DNA of 64,000 bases from Calditrichales bacterium (GTDB taxonomy: Bacteria > Calditrichota > Calditrichia > Calditrichales > J004), in the NCBI GenBank assembly GCA_965267575.1, contig OZ254086.1:3392001-3456000 (forward strand), in the 5' to 3' direction. Both the position numbers and the translations under genes were made by a program. This document shows positions 8,971 through 19,035 of the stretch, piece after piece; positions within the stretch are counted from its first letter, which is position 1, and the number at the start of each line of letters is the position of its first letter. Below the pieces are notes generated by a model, which had not been told where the DNA came from, searched no databases, and worked only from the letters and a program-made list of their open reading frames with translations.

Positions 8971-11175
8971 ATGCGATCTGCTATGCTACTTATAATGCTG
9001 CTATTTTTTTCTCTATGCCCTGCCCAGGTACATAAAGAGCGCCTTGTTATTGATCGTCTTGAAGGCAAAATTACGCTGGACGGTGAACTGAACGAAAGCG
9101 CCTGGCAAAAGACGGAAGTACTGGAACTGGTGATGTACCTGCCCGAATTTGATCTCCCGCCTACTGAGGATTCCGAAATCCGCATGCTGCATGATGATGA
9201 ATATATCTATGTGGGCGGACGCTTTTATGATTCGCAACCGGATAAGATTCAGGTGGCTTCGCTTAAGCGTGATTATATGCAACTGAGCAGCGATGTTTTT
9301 GGCATTATACTAGATTCTTTTAATGACAAAGAAAATGCGCTGGCCTTCTTTACCTCATCGGCCGGTACGCGGACGGACGCCGCTGTTTTTGATGATGCTA
9401 ACGGCGATTTTCCCCTAAACGAAAACTGGAACTCCTACTGGAGCACAGCCACTAAAGCAGATTCCTCCGGCTGGGTGGCGGAAATGCGCATACCTCTCTC
9501 CAGTTTGCGCTACCAGGTAGAAGACGGCGAGGCCGTGATGGGCCTGATCCTGTGGCGCTGGATTGCGCGCAAAAATGAATCCGGCATATATCCGAAGATT
9601 CCGCCGAAATGGGGTTGGTGGGGCCAGTTCAAACCGTCGCAGGCGCAGCAGATTGTCATTAAGGATATAACCCAGAAAAAGCCGCTGTATGTGACGCCTT
9701 ACGCGCTGGGCGGCCTCTCCGTGAATAATGATCTGAACGACCCGGAAACAGCTTACGAGGAATCTACAACGCGCCAGAGTGATATTGGGATTGACGTGAA
9801 ATACGGCCTCACCAGTAACCTGACGCTTGATCTTACCGTTAATACGGATTTTGCCCAGGTGGAAGCGGATGACCAGCAGATTAATCTTACGCGATCTTCA
9901 CTCTTTTTTCCGGAAAAGCGCCTGTTCTTCCTCGAGCGTTCCAGCATTTTCGATTTCCGTATGGGCGGCATTGACAGGCTGTTCTATAGCCGCCGTATTG
10001 GCCTGGATGACGGCCGGCCGGTGCCGATCATCGGCGGTGCGCGGCTAAGCGGAAGGGTGGGACCATGGGACGTGGGGGTGCTGAATATGCAAACCGCGGA
10101 CAGTGACAGCCTGCCATCGGAGAATTTTGGCCTGGTGCGTCTGCGCCGGCAACTTGGTAATGGAAACAGCTACGTTGGCGGCATGATCACCAACCGTATG
10201 TCTGCCGGTAGTCGCTTTAATACCGCCGTTGGCAGTGATGCGATCCTTAACCTATGGGATGATGAATACCTGTTTCTGGCTGCCGCGCAAACCTACGATA
10301 ATGAAATAGAAAACAGCCCATTGTTTGTAAATAAATCCCGCATACACGCCAGCTGGCAACGAAGACGCTACCAAAATCTATCCTACGAATTTGCCTATAG
10401 TTATAGCGGTCGGGAATACATGCCGGGAATGGGCTTTGCCTCGCGTGATAATTACAAGCGCTTCAGTGAGGATATGGGATATGGCTGGATTCCGCAAAAA
10501 CACGATTGGATTCAACGACACCGCGTCTATTTCAATAATGCATTTTACTGGCGCAACAGTGATGAAAAGCTGGAGTCGATGCAAAACGTGGCCGGCTGGG
10601 AAGCCAGTCTTAAGAGCGGTTCCTATTTCAATTTTGCCTTTATCAATAACCGCGAACTTCTTGAAGATTCCCTTGACTTCAGCGATAACGTCGCCGTTCC
10701 GCCGGGCCTTTATGATTTTCCCGGGGTGGCTTTTTATTATGAAACACCGGGCGGAAACCTGTGGTGGATCTCGTCGGAAATTTCAGCCAGCCGCTTTTAT
10801 GACGGCAACCGTTTTTCGTTTATCGTAGCCCCGTCCTGGAGTTTAACGTCACAACTGGAAATGAGCGGTTACTGGTCTTATAACCGCCTGCGCTTCGATG
10901 ACAGGGGGCAATCGCTCGATGCCAATATTTTTCGCCTGCGCGGTCTCTATTTCTTTAATGCCAAATTATCGCTTTCCGCGTTTGTGCAATATAATAATGT
11001 GCGTGACATCGTAATCGGTAACGCCCGGCTGCGTTTAAACCCTTCCGAGGGTCACGATCTTTACATTGTCTATAATGAGGATTATAATACGGACAGGCGC
11101 CGGGAAGTGCCTGTTCTTCCTCACAGTAACAACAGAACGATCCTGGTAAAATACACCTATACATTTCTGTTTTAA
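8971..11175 (+). CDS. CBM9-like/DUF5916 domain outer-membrane protein
   Basis: Signal peptide; ITLDGELNESAW, GWVAEMRIPLSSLRY, TVNTDFAQVEADD, FFPEKRLFFLE, LFYSRRIG; C-terminal aromatic beta-strand YTYTFLF. Confidence 0.85.
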   Translation: MRSAMLLIMLLFFSLCPAQVHKERLVIDRLEGKITLDGELNESAWQKTEVLELVMYLPEFDLPPTEDSEIRMLHDDEYIYVGGRFYDSQPDKIQVASLKRDYMQLSSDVFGIILDSFNDKENALAFFTSSAGTRTDAAVFDDANGDFPLNENWNSYWSTATKADSSGWVAEMRIPLSSLRYQVEDGEAVMGLILWRWIARKNESGIYPKIPPKWGWWGQFKPSQAQQIVIKDITQKKPLYVTPYALGGLSVNNDLNDPETAYEESTTRQSDIGIDVKYGLTSNLTLDLTVNTDFAQVEADDQQINLTRSSLFFPEKRLFFLERSSIFDFRMGGIDRLFYSRRIGLDDGRPVPIIGGARLSGRVGPWDVGVLNMQTADSDSLPSENFGLVRLRRQLGNGNSYVGGMITNRMSAGSRFNTAVGSDAILNLWDDEYLFLAAAQTYDNEIENSPLFVNKSRIHASWQRRRYQNLSYEFAYSYSGREYMPGMGFASRDNYKRFSEDMGYGWIPQKHDWIQRHRVYFNNAFYWRNSDEKLESMQNVAGWEASLKSGSYFNFAFINNRELLEDSLDFSDNVAVPPGLYDFPGVAFYYETPGGNLWWISSEISASRFYDGNRFSFIVAPSWSLTSQLEMSGYWSYNRLRFDDRGQSLDANIFRLRGLYFFNAKLSLSAFVQYNNVRDIVIGNARLRLNPSEGHDLYIVYNEDYNTDRRREVPVLPHSNNRTILVKYTYTFLF

Positions 11176-11266
11176 GCTAACACAACCTCTGTCTAAACTC
11201 GCACATAGACAATACCAGGCTTCTCCTTAAAACGGTGGCTTAATATCATAATTACGGGGGTATACC

Positions 11267-14200
11267 ATGTTTAGGATATCGCAATCTGTAATCAGGATCG
11301 GCCTCTCCTTAATTCTATCGGCTGCTTCGTTTCTACCGGGTCTGCAGGCCCAGGAGGTAATCGGTTTCATCCGATCACCCATTTACGCCGTGGAATTCGG
11401 ATCACCGTTTGTTATTGATAGGGACCGGCTCGTGGTGACAAACTATGGTTCCGGTTACAACGAGATATTATTGTTTGAAAACGAGAACGGTGAATGGAAT
11501 TATGTAACGGCGGTGGGCCGCTCGGCATTTGACCAATTTGGACACGCCATTGATATACATAATAACTGGCTTATCGCATCGGATCGTGGCAATTTCAGTT
11601 TAGAAGGCGAGATTCCATACAGTGTACAGTTTTATGAACTCGAAAATAATGAGTGGCAATTCAGGAAGCTCTTCTGGCGCGATTTTTCCGCGTTTGGCGA
11701 GTCTGTGACAATTCACAATAACTGGGCTGCCGCGGGCGATCCCGAAAATAATCTTGTCAATATCTACCGGATTGATGGGGATTCCGTTTACGCGCATCAG
11801 GAAATTGCTTTTGACGACACAACGAACGTAAGCGGAAATCCGCGTTTTGGTGATAACCTGCTTCTGCGCGATGATTATCTTATTGCAATGGCTTCAAACT
11901 GGCAGGGCGAAGGTGTCGGTACAAAGTCCGGTGCCGTTTATATTTACAAGCGCCAGACCGATGAAAGCTGGGAGCTGCTTCACAAGATAACCGTGGATGA
12001 TCTACAGGCAGGTGACGGCGGACCGAACGGTGAACCGTTTATCGAATACAGTCTGCTTAGGAACTTTGATTTCGAAAACAGTATGCTTGTTTTGAATTTC
12101 ATCAAAGTGCTGTCTGATGAATCGGCTTTTGCACATCTTAAAATTATCGGCATAGATGATTTTGCCTGGCAGGAGAGCGATAGTATTGAAATAGCCAATA
12201 CCAATTATTCCCGCAACCACGATATAGATCTTAGAGGTGACGGCCTTATCGTTTCGGATCCCGGTAGCCGTGCATCTGCCGGAGACATACACATTTTTCG
12301 CAAAAGCGGCATGCGCTGGATAAAAGCTTCAACCTATCAAAACCCAGAGAGTAATGACCGTATTGGCCGAAGTCTCTCATTTGACGAATCAGCCAGCTTT
12401 ATATATGCTTCTTCCGACAATCCTGATGGGGGCGAAATTCGGATTATTGGCATTAAAAAGACGGCCATAACCGCAGTCTCGCAGGGACAAAGCGGCAGCT
12501 ATGTTAAAATAAACTGGGAGAATTTTTCTCAAGTTCAGGATGGCTTTAAGATTTACCGGGACGGTACGGAGATAGCCACGACCTCCGGAAATGCCCGCAC
12601 TTATTTTGACTATGAGGGTATTCCCGGCCGGATGCACACTTACGGAGTTACCGCTTACGACCCGGTCACCACGCTGGAATCCGTACCTGACACAGCGGCC
12701 GGCTACAAACAACCTTCGGGTGAGGTAAAAGGAGTAGTGCAAACGCCGCTGGGGGCCGGTGTTTCGGACGTGCGCGTTGATCTTATGCCGCAAGGTGTTA
12801 CGATGGACCGGGCGCTTGCTATTGACTCATCCGCTAACGCGGTCACTTTAAGTAATTTTACAGAATTTCCTGATACGGCCTTTACGATATCATTCTGGCT
12901 AAAAACGCTCTCTGATTCGGCGATCACGGTTTTCGATTTCACAACACAGGATTACAATTCCGCTTTACGAATCAGCAATCCCTCTTCTGCCACTATTGAT
13001 ATCAATAACCGCGCATTGAATACGGGTGTGGATTTTGCAGACGGTGCCTGGCACCACCTGGCGTTCACCTGGCGCAGCACCGATGGATCGATCTCTTTGC
13101 TTAAAGACGGCGTTGCGGTTTTTAAGGACAAATACCTGGCCGGAGAGGTAATTGGCCGCGAAGGCAGGCTCACACTGGGGTTTGACTACAATGATACGCA
13201 GAACAGCCTATATCGCGGATTGCTGGATGAAGTGGCCATCTGGAATACCATGCGCGAAGATTCGCTGATTGCCGCAGAGATGCGCTCACAGCCTGTAGGT
13301 GATGAAAAGAACCTGATCTCCTATTATGGGTTTGATGACCCGCAACGGTTTCCTCAATATCTAGTCCCAGACATGGTTTGGAAGAGGACACAACACGGAA
13401 CGGCCCTAAATCTGAACTTCGAAGACAATCCTGAAGAAGTGATAGCCATGAGGCGCAGTGTTTACACCGATGCCAGCGGAAGATTCAGCTTTGAAAACGT
13501 TTATTATGATGCATCGCGTACATTCCGTTTGATGCCATTTAAATCCGATCACGGCTTCGCCCCGGGTTTTGATAATATTACGCTGAGTCTTGATAGCCCC
13601 AGGCTAAGCGGTATCGCCTTTGATGATACAACCAGCTTTACGGTGAGCGGCCGGGTTTTTTATTCAGCCAGCGATTGCAATCTTGCCGGGGCCGAACTGG
13701 TACTGAACGGCCAGCCCACGGGTGTTTTTACGGACAGCAACGGCAATTACCAGTTAACGGTGGAAGAAGCCGGTACTTACCAGCTTGAAGTGGCGTTTGC
13801 CGACACTGCTCTCAGCCATCGCTTCCGTCCATCGACTTATAACCTGGACGTGAATGACAATCTTTTTAATGTAGATTTTGCCGATATTACTATCAGTACT
13901 TTAAGCGGACGGGTTGGCGCGGCCTGCAACACGTCCATTGGCAAGGCAACCCTTCAGATTACGTCATTGGGAAATCCACAGGGCTGCTATACACAAACCA
14001 TTGAGACTGATGAAAACGGCAACTACAGTATCGATCTGCCCAGTCAGAAGTATCTCATCTCCGTGGAAGATATCGAACCGGCCAACCCCGTAATTCTTCA
14101 ATCTTTCAGCAGTGTGACAACAGACCTCACCTTTCAGGACAGCCTTGTCAATTTTGTCTACCGTGATCCGCTTACAATAAAAATAGACGGATTACCGGAG

Positions 14201-17200
14201 ATCTGTTCCGGGGCGGATGGTCCGTTTAAGGTGCCGGTCGTGAAACAGTTTGACCGCTATTTCCTGACGGTACGCGTGTTGGAAAGTTATAACGGCGACA
14301 CCTGCCTGGTGGACACGGGCAGCGTAACCCTGTTTGATGAAGTGGGCGGAGACGGCAGCGACCCGGTCACAATACCCGTGAGTAACGGGCAGGCCAGTTT
14401 TATCCTCGCGCCGGGCGAACCCAATATCCTGGATGGCGGTGATCACCCGTTTCAAAAGCGGCTGAGTATCCGGGCCGATATAGATGGCGACCGCACAACG
14501 CTGGATCAATGGATGATCGTAACGGGTCACCGTCCGCGCAGTGAGACATTTGTTACAAAGACACCCGAACTGCCGCTGATGATTCTGCGTGATCCGCCCG
14601 GAGACAACAGCTTTGCTTATTTTGAAAAGGATAGTACCTACGCCTCCAATTTTACCATGTCCCATGAAATAGGCGGTGCTGCCGGAGTGTACACGGATAT
14701 TAAAATCGGCGCAGGGATACCCGTGCCGTTTACCGGTATTGTAATCGGCGCCCGTACACATATTGAGGGGCAAATTCTTGCCGGACGCAATAACAACAAC
14801 GGCACAACCGTAACAACCTATACATCCAACACCGAGCGTTTCTCGACTTCGGATGACGATAACATCACGGGCGAAAAGGGTGATGTTTTTATCGGTGCTT
14901 CGTTTAACATGATTTACGCGTTGACGGATGTGATCGATTTTGATGAAAATACCTGCAGTGTCGTAAGAGATACACAGCTGGTCTGGGGCTCCGAGGAGAT
15001 CAATACCAGCTATATTTACACCGAAAGTCACATTCGAAATACACTGCTGCCCCAGCTAAGGCAACTGCGCACGCTGGCCACGCCCGATTCCGCCGAGATA
15101 CTCGGATCTTATATCGACGTGTGGGAGCAGGTGCTGGTTAAAAACGACCGGCTGAAAAAACGAGCCAAAAAAGAACGCAATATCTCATTCAGTGCCGGGG
15201 CAACGCGTGAATACTCCAGCACCCAGCGCGAGGATTCCACCCTGCATATCGATTATACCACCTTTATTGATTCTGAAGTTAAGGTGGGCGTTGGCATTGG
15301 TGACGGTGACTTCTCCGATGTGGAAATCGGAGTGGCCGCGAAATTCCGCTGGTCCAAGACGGTGATAGAGGAGGAGACATTCGGAAGCTCGACCACCGTG
15401 GGCTATGTTTTATCCGATAACGATGAAGGTGATTTCTTCAGCGTTGATGTAAAAGAGGACAAGGTGTATAAAACGCCGGTATTTGACCTGGTGAGCGGAC
15501 GCAGCAGTTGTCCCTGGGAGCCGGGTTCACAGCCGCGCGACGGTGTGCAGCTTCAGATAAGCAGTAACGAGGTTAACGACGTGCCGCCCGAAGAAAGAGC
15601 AGCTTTCACGCTGTTCCTCGGCAATACCAGCCAGAGCGATGAAACGCGTACCTACAACCTGTCTGTGATACAATCCAGCAATCTGGATGGCGCGATAATC
15701 AGCGTCGGAGGGGTGGTGATTGAAGACGCGCTCTCTTATACCATCCCTGCCGGAGAACAGATAAACGCCACTCTTGCCATAGAACGCGGGCCACTGGCTT
15801 ACGATTATGAAAACCTGCAGGTGCGCCTGTATGCCCCGTGCGATCCTTCCATCGCCGACACGGTCACGTTCAGTGTGCGCTATACCAGTCCCTGCAGCAA
15901 TGTGAATATTTTCCGGCCGGAAAACGGCTGGCTGGTTAACGCAGATGACAACGATACGTTGCAGGTGATCCTGAATGATTATGACGCTTCCGATCCCAAC
16001 CTGGAAAACATCAGCCTGCAATACCGGCGTAAGGGAGATAGCTGGAAAACCGCCTTCCTGATCGCCAAAAGCAATCTGCCACAGGAATACATAACGCGTT
16101 ACTGGGATGTCTCGGCCCTGCCAAATGGAGAATATGAACTGCGTGGTGTCGCCAAATGCGGCGACGTGGGTATATCCTATTCGGAGATATCGGCCGGCAC
16201 CATAGACCGCAGCGGCTTGGTTGTTTTTGGCAAACCGCAGCCCGCGGATGGCATCCTCAACCTGGGTGAAGATATTTCGGTGAGTTTTACGGAAGACCTC
16301 GATTGCGATGCGCTGGAAGAAAATATGGCCCGCATCCGCGACGCGGACGGCAACGTGCTTGCAATAGAAACTGCCTGCAGCGAAAAAACGCTGATCCTCT
16401 CGCCGCTGGATGATCTCTCCGCCTTTGAAGGACAGACGTTGTCCGCGACTGTCTCCAACGTTAAGGATGTAAATGGCAACGTATTAACAAAAGCCGTCAA
16501 TTGGTCTTTTACAATCAACCAGAATCCGCTTTACTGGTCGGTTGCAAACAGCGCGCTGACCATTTACGAAGGCGAGCAGACCAGCCTCAACGGGACACTG
16601 GTTAATGCCGGTGGACAAAGTGAATCATTTACGATTGTCTCAATGCCGCCGTGGGTTTCTACCTCTACAATATCAGGCAGCGTTCCGCCATCAGGCGAGC
16701 AGAACATTGAGTTTATAGTCGACGGGAATTTAAGCCGGGATACATACGTGGATTCGGTGATTGCACAAACGGCCAACGGTGATGAAATCTTCTTAATGGA
16801 AATAAACGTTCTGGCGCGGCCGCCGCAATGGAATGTTAACCCAGCGCAGTTTGCCTACAGTATGAACATTACGGCGCAGTTGAATATTGACGGCCAGGCG
16901 TCGGATGATCCGTTCGACGTGGTGAGCGCATTTAGCGGTAATGAGGTACGCGGCAAAGCCAATGTGCAGTATGTTTCCGATCTTTTTGGCTACATGGCCT
17001 TTATCACCGTTTACAGCAATAACCTTTCCGGCGAAACGGTTACGTTCCGCGGCTGGGATGCTTCCGAAGGCGACGAATATGGCGCTGTTGAAGAAACGCT
17101 CGTTTTTGAGAATGGCGCAACGGTCGGTGACGTTTCCAATCCGCTGATCCTCAATCCCGCCGGTGTGGCGCAAACAACGGAACTGGATGCCGGCTGGACA

Positions 17201-18352
17201 TGGATTGCCCTTAACGTTGAAAACAGTGATATGTCGGTAAATGCCGTTATGGAAGGCGTACCGGCGACAGAAGGCGACATCATCAAAACGCAAAATGCTT
17301 TCGCCGAATACATAAACGGCGCCGGCTGGGTTGGATCGCTGACGACTCTGCGTACAGGGACCGCGTACCAAACGCGTATGCAGCAATCCGGCGCGTTGGA
17401 TTTTATTGGTCGTCGTATCAATCCCGGAAATACCGATGTAACCGTAAGGCAGGGCTGGAACTGGATCGGCTATACTGATAATCGTAACCGTCCGGTGAAT
17501 GAAGCGCTGCACAATTTCCCTGTGCGCGATGGCGACATTCTGAAAAGCCGTGATGCCTTTGCCCAATATGACCAAGCCAGCGGTAACTGGCTGGGCAGCC
17601 TCGAAGCAATGGAAGCGGGCGGCGGTTATTTGCTGAGAAGCGGTATTGCTTCTGTTAGTACCTTTGGTCTTGAGAAACCTGCGAAAAGCCTTTCGCCGGA
17701 TGACGCGCGGGAAGGCGACGCCGTCAATTGGCAGGTCAATCCCGCGCTTTATGAATACAACATGGCCCTGGTGGCAGAACAGCGTTTCGACTCAAAATCG
17801 CCGTTGGATTCGCTGGACCGTATGGCAGCCTTTGTTGGCGATGAATGCCGCGGGACGGCCCGGCCGGTATTTGTTGAAGGGCTGAACCGCTACGTGGTTT
17901 TCCTGACACTTTTTAGCAATGAGACGGATGGGGAGGAATTAGATCTGAAGCTGTTGGAAAGCGAAACCGGTATCGTTTATGCTGCGGGACAAGTGGAATT
18001 CGCGCCGGACTCCGTGCTCGGTTCGGTACTGGCGCCGCAACGTATCAACAGCACTTATGCGACAAACGAGGGCGCTTTGCCGACTGTTTTTCGGATCTAT
18101 CAAAATTATCCCAATCCGTTCAATCCGGTCACTACGATACGCTACGAGCTGCCGCGCAGCAGCAAAGTCAAGCTGACCGTATTCAACATTCTTGGCAAAA
18201 CAATACGCGTCCTGGTAAACGGGAATCAGAATGCCGGACGCTACCGTGTTGACTTTGACGCCAGGGAGCTTGGCCTGGGCAGCGGATTGTATTTCTACCG
18301 CTTTGAATCGGACGGTCTGAATACGACGCGCAAAATGTTGCTGCTGAAATAA
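11267..18352 (+). CDS. Very large secreted multidomain protein (FG-GAP-like propeller, Fn3-like, LamG, carboxypeptidase-regulatory-like repeats, Ig-like domains, T9SS type A-like C-terminal sorting domain)
   Basis: 2361 aa; signal peptide; FGHAIDI/FGESVTI/GAVYIY repeats; WHHLAFTW..LDEVAIWN (LamG); TDxxGNY repeats; C-terminal QNYPNPFNPVTTIRY..SGLYFYR..KMLLLK. Confidence 0.85.
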   Translation: MFRISQSVIRIGLSLILSAASFLPGLQAQEVIGFIRSPIYAVEFGSPFVIDRDRLVVTNYGSGYNEILLFENENGEWNYVTAVGRSAFDQFGHAIDIHNNWLIASDRGNFSLEGEIPYSVQFYELENNEWQFRKLFWRDFSAFGESVTIHNNWAAAGDPENNLVNIYRIDGDSVYAHQEIAFDDTTNVSGNPRFGDNLLLRDDYLIAMASNWQGEGVGTKSGAVYIYKRQTDESWELLHKITVDDLQAGDGGPNGEPFIEYSLLRNFDFENSMLVLNFIKVLSDESAFAHLKIIGIDDFAWQESDSIEIANTNYSRNHDIDLRGDGLIVSDPGSRASAGDIHIFRKSGMRWIKASTYQNPESNDRIGRSLSFDESASFIYASSDNPDGGEIRIIGIKKTAITAVSQGQSGSYVKINWENFSQVQDGFKIYRDGTEIATTSGNARTYFDYEGIPGRMHTYGVTAYDPVTTLESVPDTAAGYKQPSGEVKGVVQTPLGAGVSDVRVDLMPQGVTMDRALAIDSSANAVTLSNFTEFPDTAFTISFWLKTLSDSAITVFDFTTQDYNSALRISNPSSATIDINNRALNTGVDFADGAWHHLAFTWRSTDGSISLLKDGVAVFKDKYLAGEVIGREGRLTLGFDYNDTQNSLYRGLLDEVAIWNTMREDSLIAAEMRSQPVGDEKNLISYYGFDDPQRFPQYLVPDMVWKRTQHGTALNLNFEDNPEEVIAMRRSVYTDASGRFSFENVYYDASRTFRLMPFKSDHGFAPGFDNITLSLDSPRLSGIAFDDTTSFTVSGRVFYSASDCNLAGAELVLNGQPTGVFTDSNGNYQLTVEEAGTYQLEVAFADTALSHRFRPSTYNLDVNDNLFNVDFADITISTLSGRVGAACNTSIGKATLQITSLGNPQGCYTQTIETDENGNYSIDLPSQKYLISVEDIEPANPVILQSFSSVTTDLTFQDSLVNFVYRDPLTIKIDGLPEICSGADGPFKVPVVKQFDRYFLTVRVLESYNGDTCLVDTGSVTLFDEVGGDGSDPVTIPVSNGQASFILAPGEPNILDGGDHPFQKRLSIRADIDGDRTTLDQWMIVTGHRPRSETFVTKTPELPLMILRDPPGDNSFAYFEKDSTYASNFTMSHEIGGAAGVYTDIKIGAGIPVPFTGIVIGARTHIEGQILAGRNNNNGTTVTTYTSNTERFSTSDDDNITGEKGDVFIGASFNMIYALTDVIDFDENTCSVVRDTQLVWGSEEINTSYIYTESHIRNTLLPQLRQLRTLATPDSAEILGSYIDVWEQVLVKNDRLKKRAKKERNISFSAGATREYSSTQREDSTLHIDYTTFIDSEVKVGVGIGDGDFSDVEIGVAAKFRWSKTVIEEETFGSSTTVGYVLSDNDEGDFFSVDVKEDKVYKTPVFDLVSGRSSCPWEPGSQPRDGVQLQISSNEVNDVPPEERAAFTLFLGNTSQSDETRTYNLSVIQSSNLDGAIISVGGVVIEDALSYTIPAGEQINATLAIERGPLAYDYENLQVRLYAPCDPSIADTVTFSVRYTSPCSNVNIFRPENGWLVNADDNDTLQVILNDYDASDPNLENISLQYRRKGDSWKTAFLIAKSNLPQEYITRYWDVSALPNGEYELRGVAKCGDVGISYSEISAGTIDRSGLVVFGKPQPADGILNLGEDISVSFTEDLDCDALEENMARIRDADGNVLAIETACSEKTLILSPLDDLSAFEGQTLSATVSNVKDVNGNVLTKAVNWSFTINQNPLYWSVANSALTIYEGEQTSLNGTLVNAGGQSESFTIVSMPPWVSTSTISGSVPPSGEQNIEFIVDGNLSRDTYVDSVIAQTANGDEIFLMEINVLARPPQWNVNPAQFAYSMNITAQLNIDGQASDDPFDVVSAFSGNEVRGKANVQYVSDLFGYMAFITVYSNNLSGETVTFRGWDASEGDEYGAVEETLVFENGATVGDVSNPLILNPAGVAQTTELDAGWTWIALNVENSDMSVNAVMEGVPATEGDIIKTQNAFAEYINGAGWVGSLTTLRTGTAYQTRMQQSGALDFIGRRINPGNTDVTVRQGWNWIGYTDNRNRPVNEALHNFPVRDGDILKSRDAFAQYDQASGNWLGSLEAMEAGGGYLLRSGIASVSTFGLEKPAKSLSPDDAREGDAVNWQVNPALYEYNMALVAEQRFDSKSPLDSLDRMAAFVGDECRGTARPVFVEGLNRYVVFLTLFSNETDGEELDLKLLESETGIVYAAGQVEFAPDSVLGSVLAPQRINSTYATNEGALPTVFRIYQNYPNPFNPVTTIRYELPRSSKVKLTVFNILGKTIRVLVNGNQNAGRYRVDFDARELGLGSGLYFYRFESDGLNTTRKMLLLK

Positions 18353-18370
18353 AATTGCAAAACGGACATT

Positions 18371-18404
18371 GGCGCCCGTGCGGCCTGTCGTGCGGGCGCT
18401 TTTT
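18371..18404 (+). terminator. Probable intrinsic terminator after the large secreted protein
   Basis: GGCGCCCGTGCG..CGTGCGGGCGCT hairpin followed by TTTT. Confidence 0.65.
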
Positions 18405-18536
18405 AGTTTCCCAAAAGCGTAATAATTTGTTATTCCTGCACAAACAAGATTCCGGAACAGGATCAGACTGAAATTTTCAAAAAAACGTAAGATTTTATTT
18501 TTGCCATCTTTAATTTCCCCTCTTAATTTCTTAAAT

Positions 18537-18555
18537 TGTCACACGTTGTGTAACA
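18537..18555. promoter_or_regulatory. Candidate Rrf2 operator (imperfect palindrome)
   Basis: TGTCACAC-GTT-GTGTAACA (7 of 8 positions symmetric), 11 nt before the likely Rrf2 start codon. Confidence 0.45.
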
Positions 18556-18566
18556 GATTGAAAAAA

Positions 18567-18986
18567 ATGTCGGCATCCAAAAGACTATCAACAGCAGTGA
18601 AAGCTTTGTGCGTTTTGGCGCGACACGAAAACCAGCCCCTTTCCAGCGCGCAGATTGCCGCTGAGCTACAGGTAAATCCGTCCAAGTTGCGCCAGGTATT
18701 GTCTATGCTGGTTAAAAGCGGATTGGTGCAAAGCCACCAGGGCACGGCGGGTGGTTTTGTATTAAATAAAACCATCGATAATATCCACATGCAGGATGTA
18801 TATTGCGCGGTTGAGGAGAAGAAGGCTTTTCGCCTGGATGTGCACGAACACAGTGACGCCAACGGCAGCACGTCGCGGCTCAACATGTACCTGCTCGACC
18901 TGTTCGATGACGTACAGGGTATTATAGAAGAGCATATGCGTGGTGTCCGCTTAACGGATGTATTGAAATCTGTTGAAAAACTTTAG
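18567..18986 (+). CDS. Rrf2 family transcriptional regulator (lacks the IscR-type three-Cys cluster motif)
   Basis: Winged HTH: SSAQIAAELQVNPSKLRQVLSMLVKSGLVQSHQGTAGGFVL..I.MQDVY.AVE; start at ATG 18567 preferred over TTG 18501. Confidence 0.9.
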   Translation: MSASKRLSTAVKALCVLARHENQPLSSAQIAAELQVNPSKLRQVLSMLVKSGLVQSHQGTAGGFVLNKTIDNIHMQDVYCAVEEKKAFRLDVHEHSDANGSTSRLNMYLLDLFDDVQGIIEEHMRGVRLTDVLKSVEKL

Positions 18987-19035
18987 ATATCGGTCAGAAA
19001 AAAAATAACACTTACAATTTAAACAGGAGCGACAT

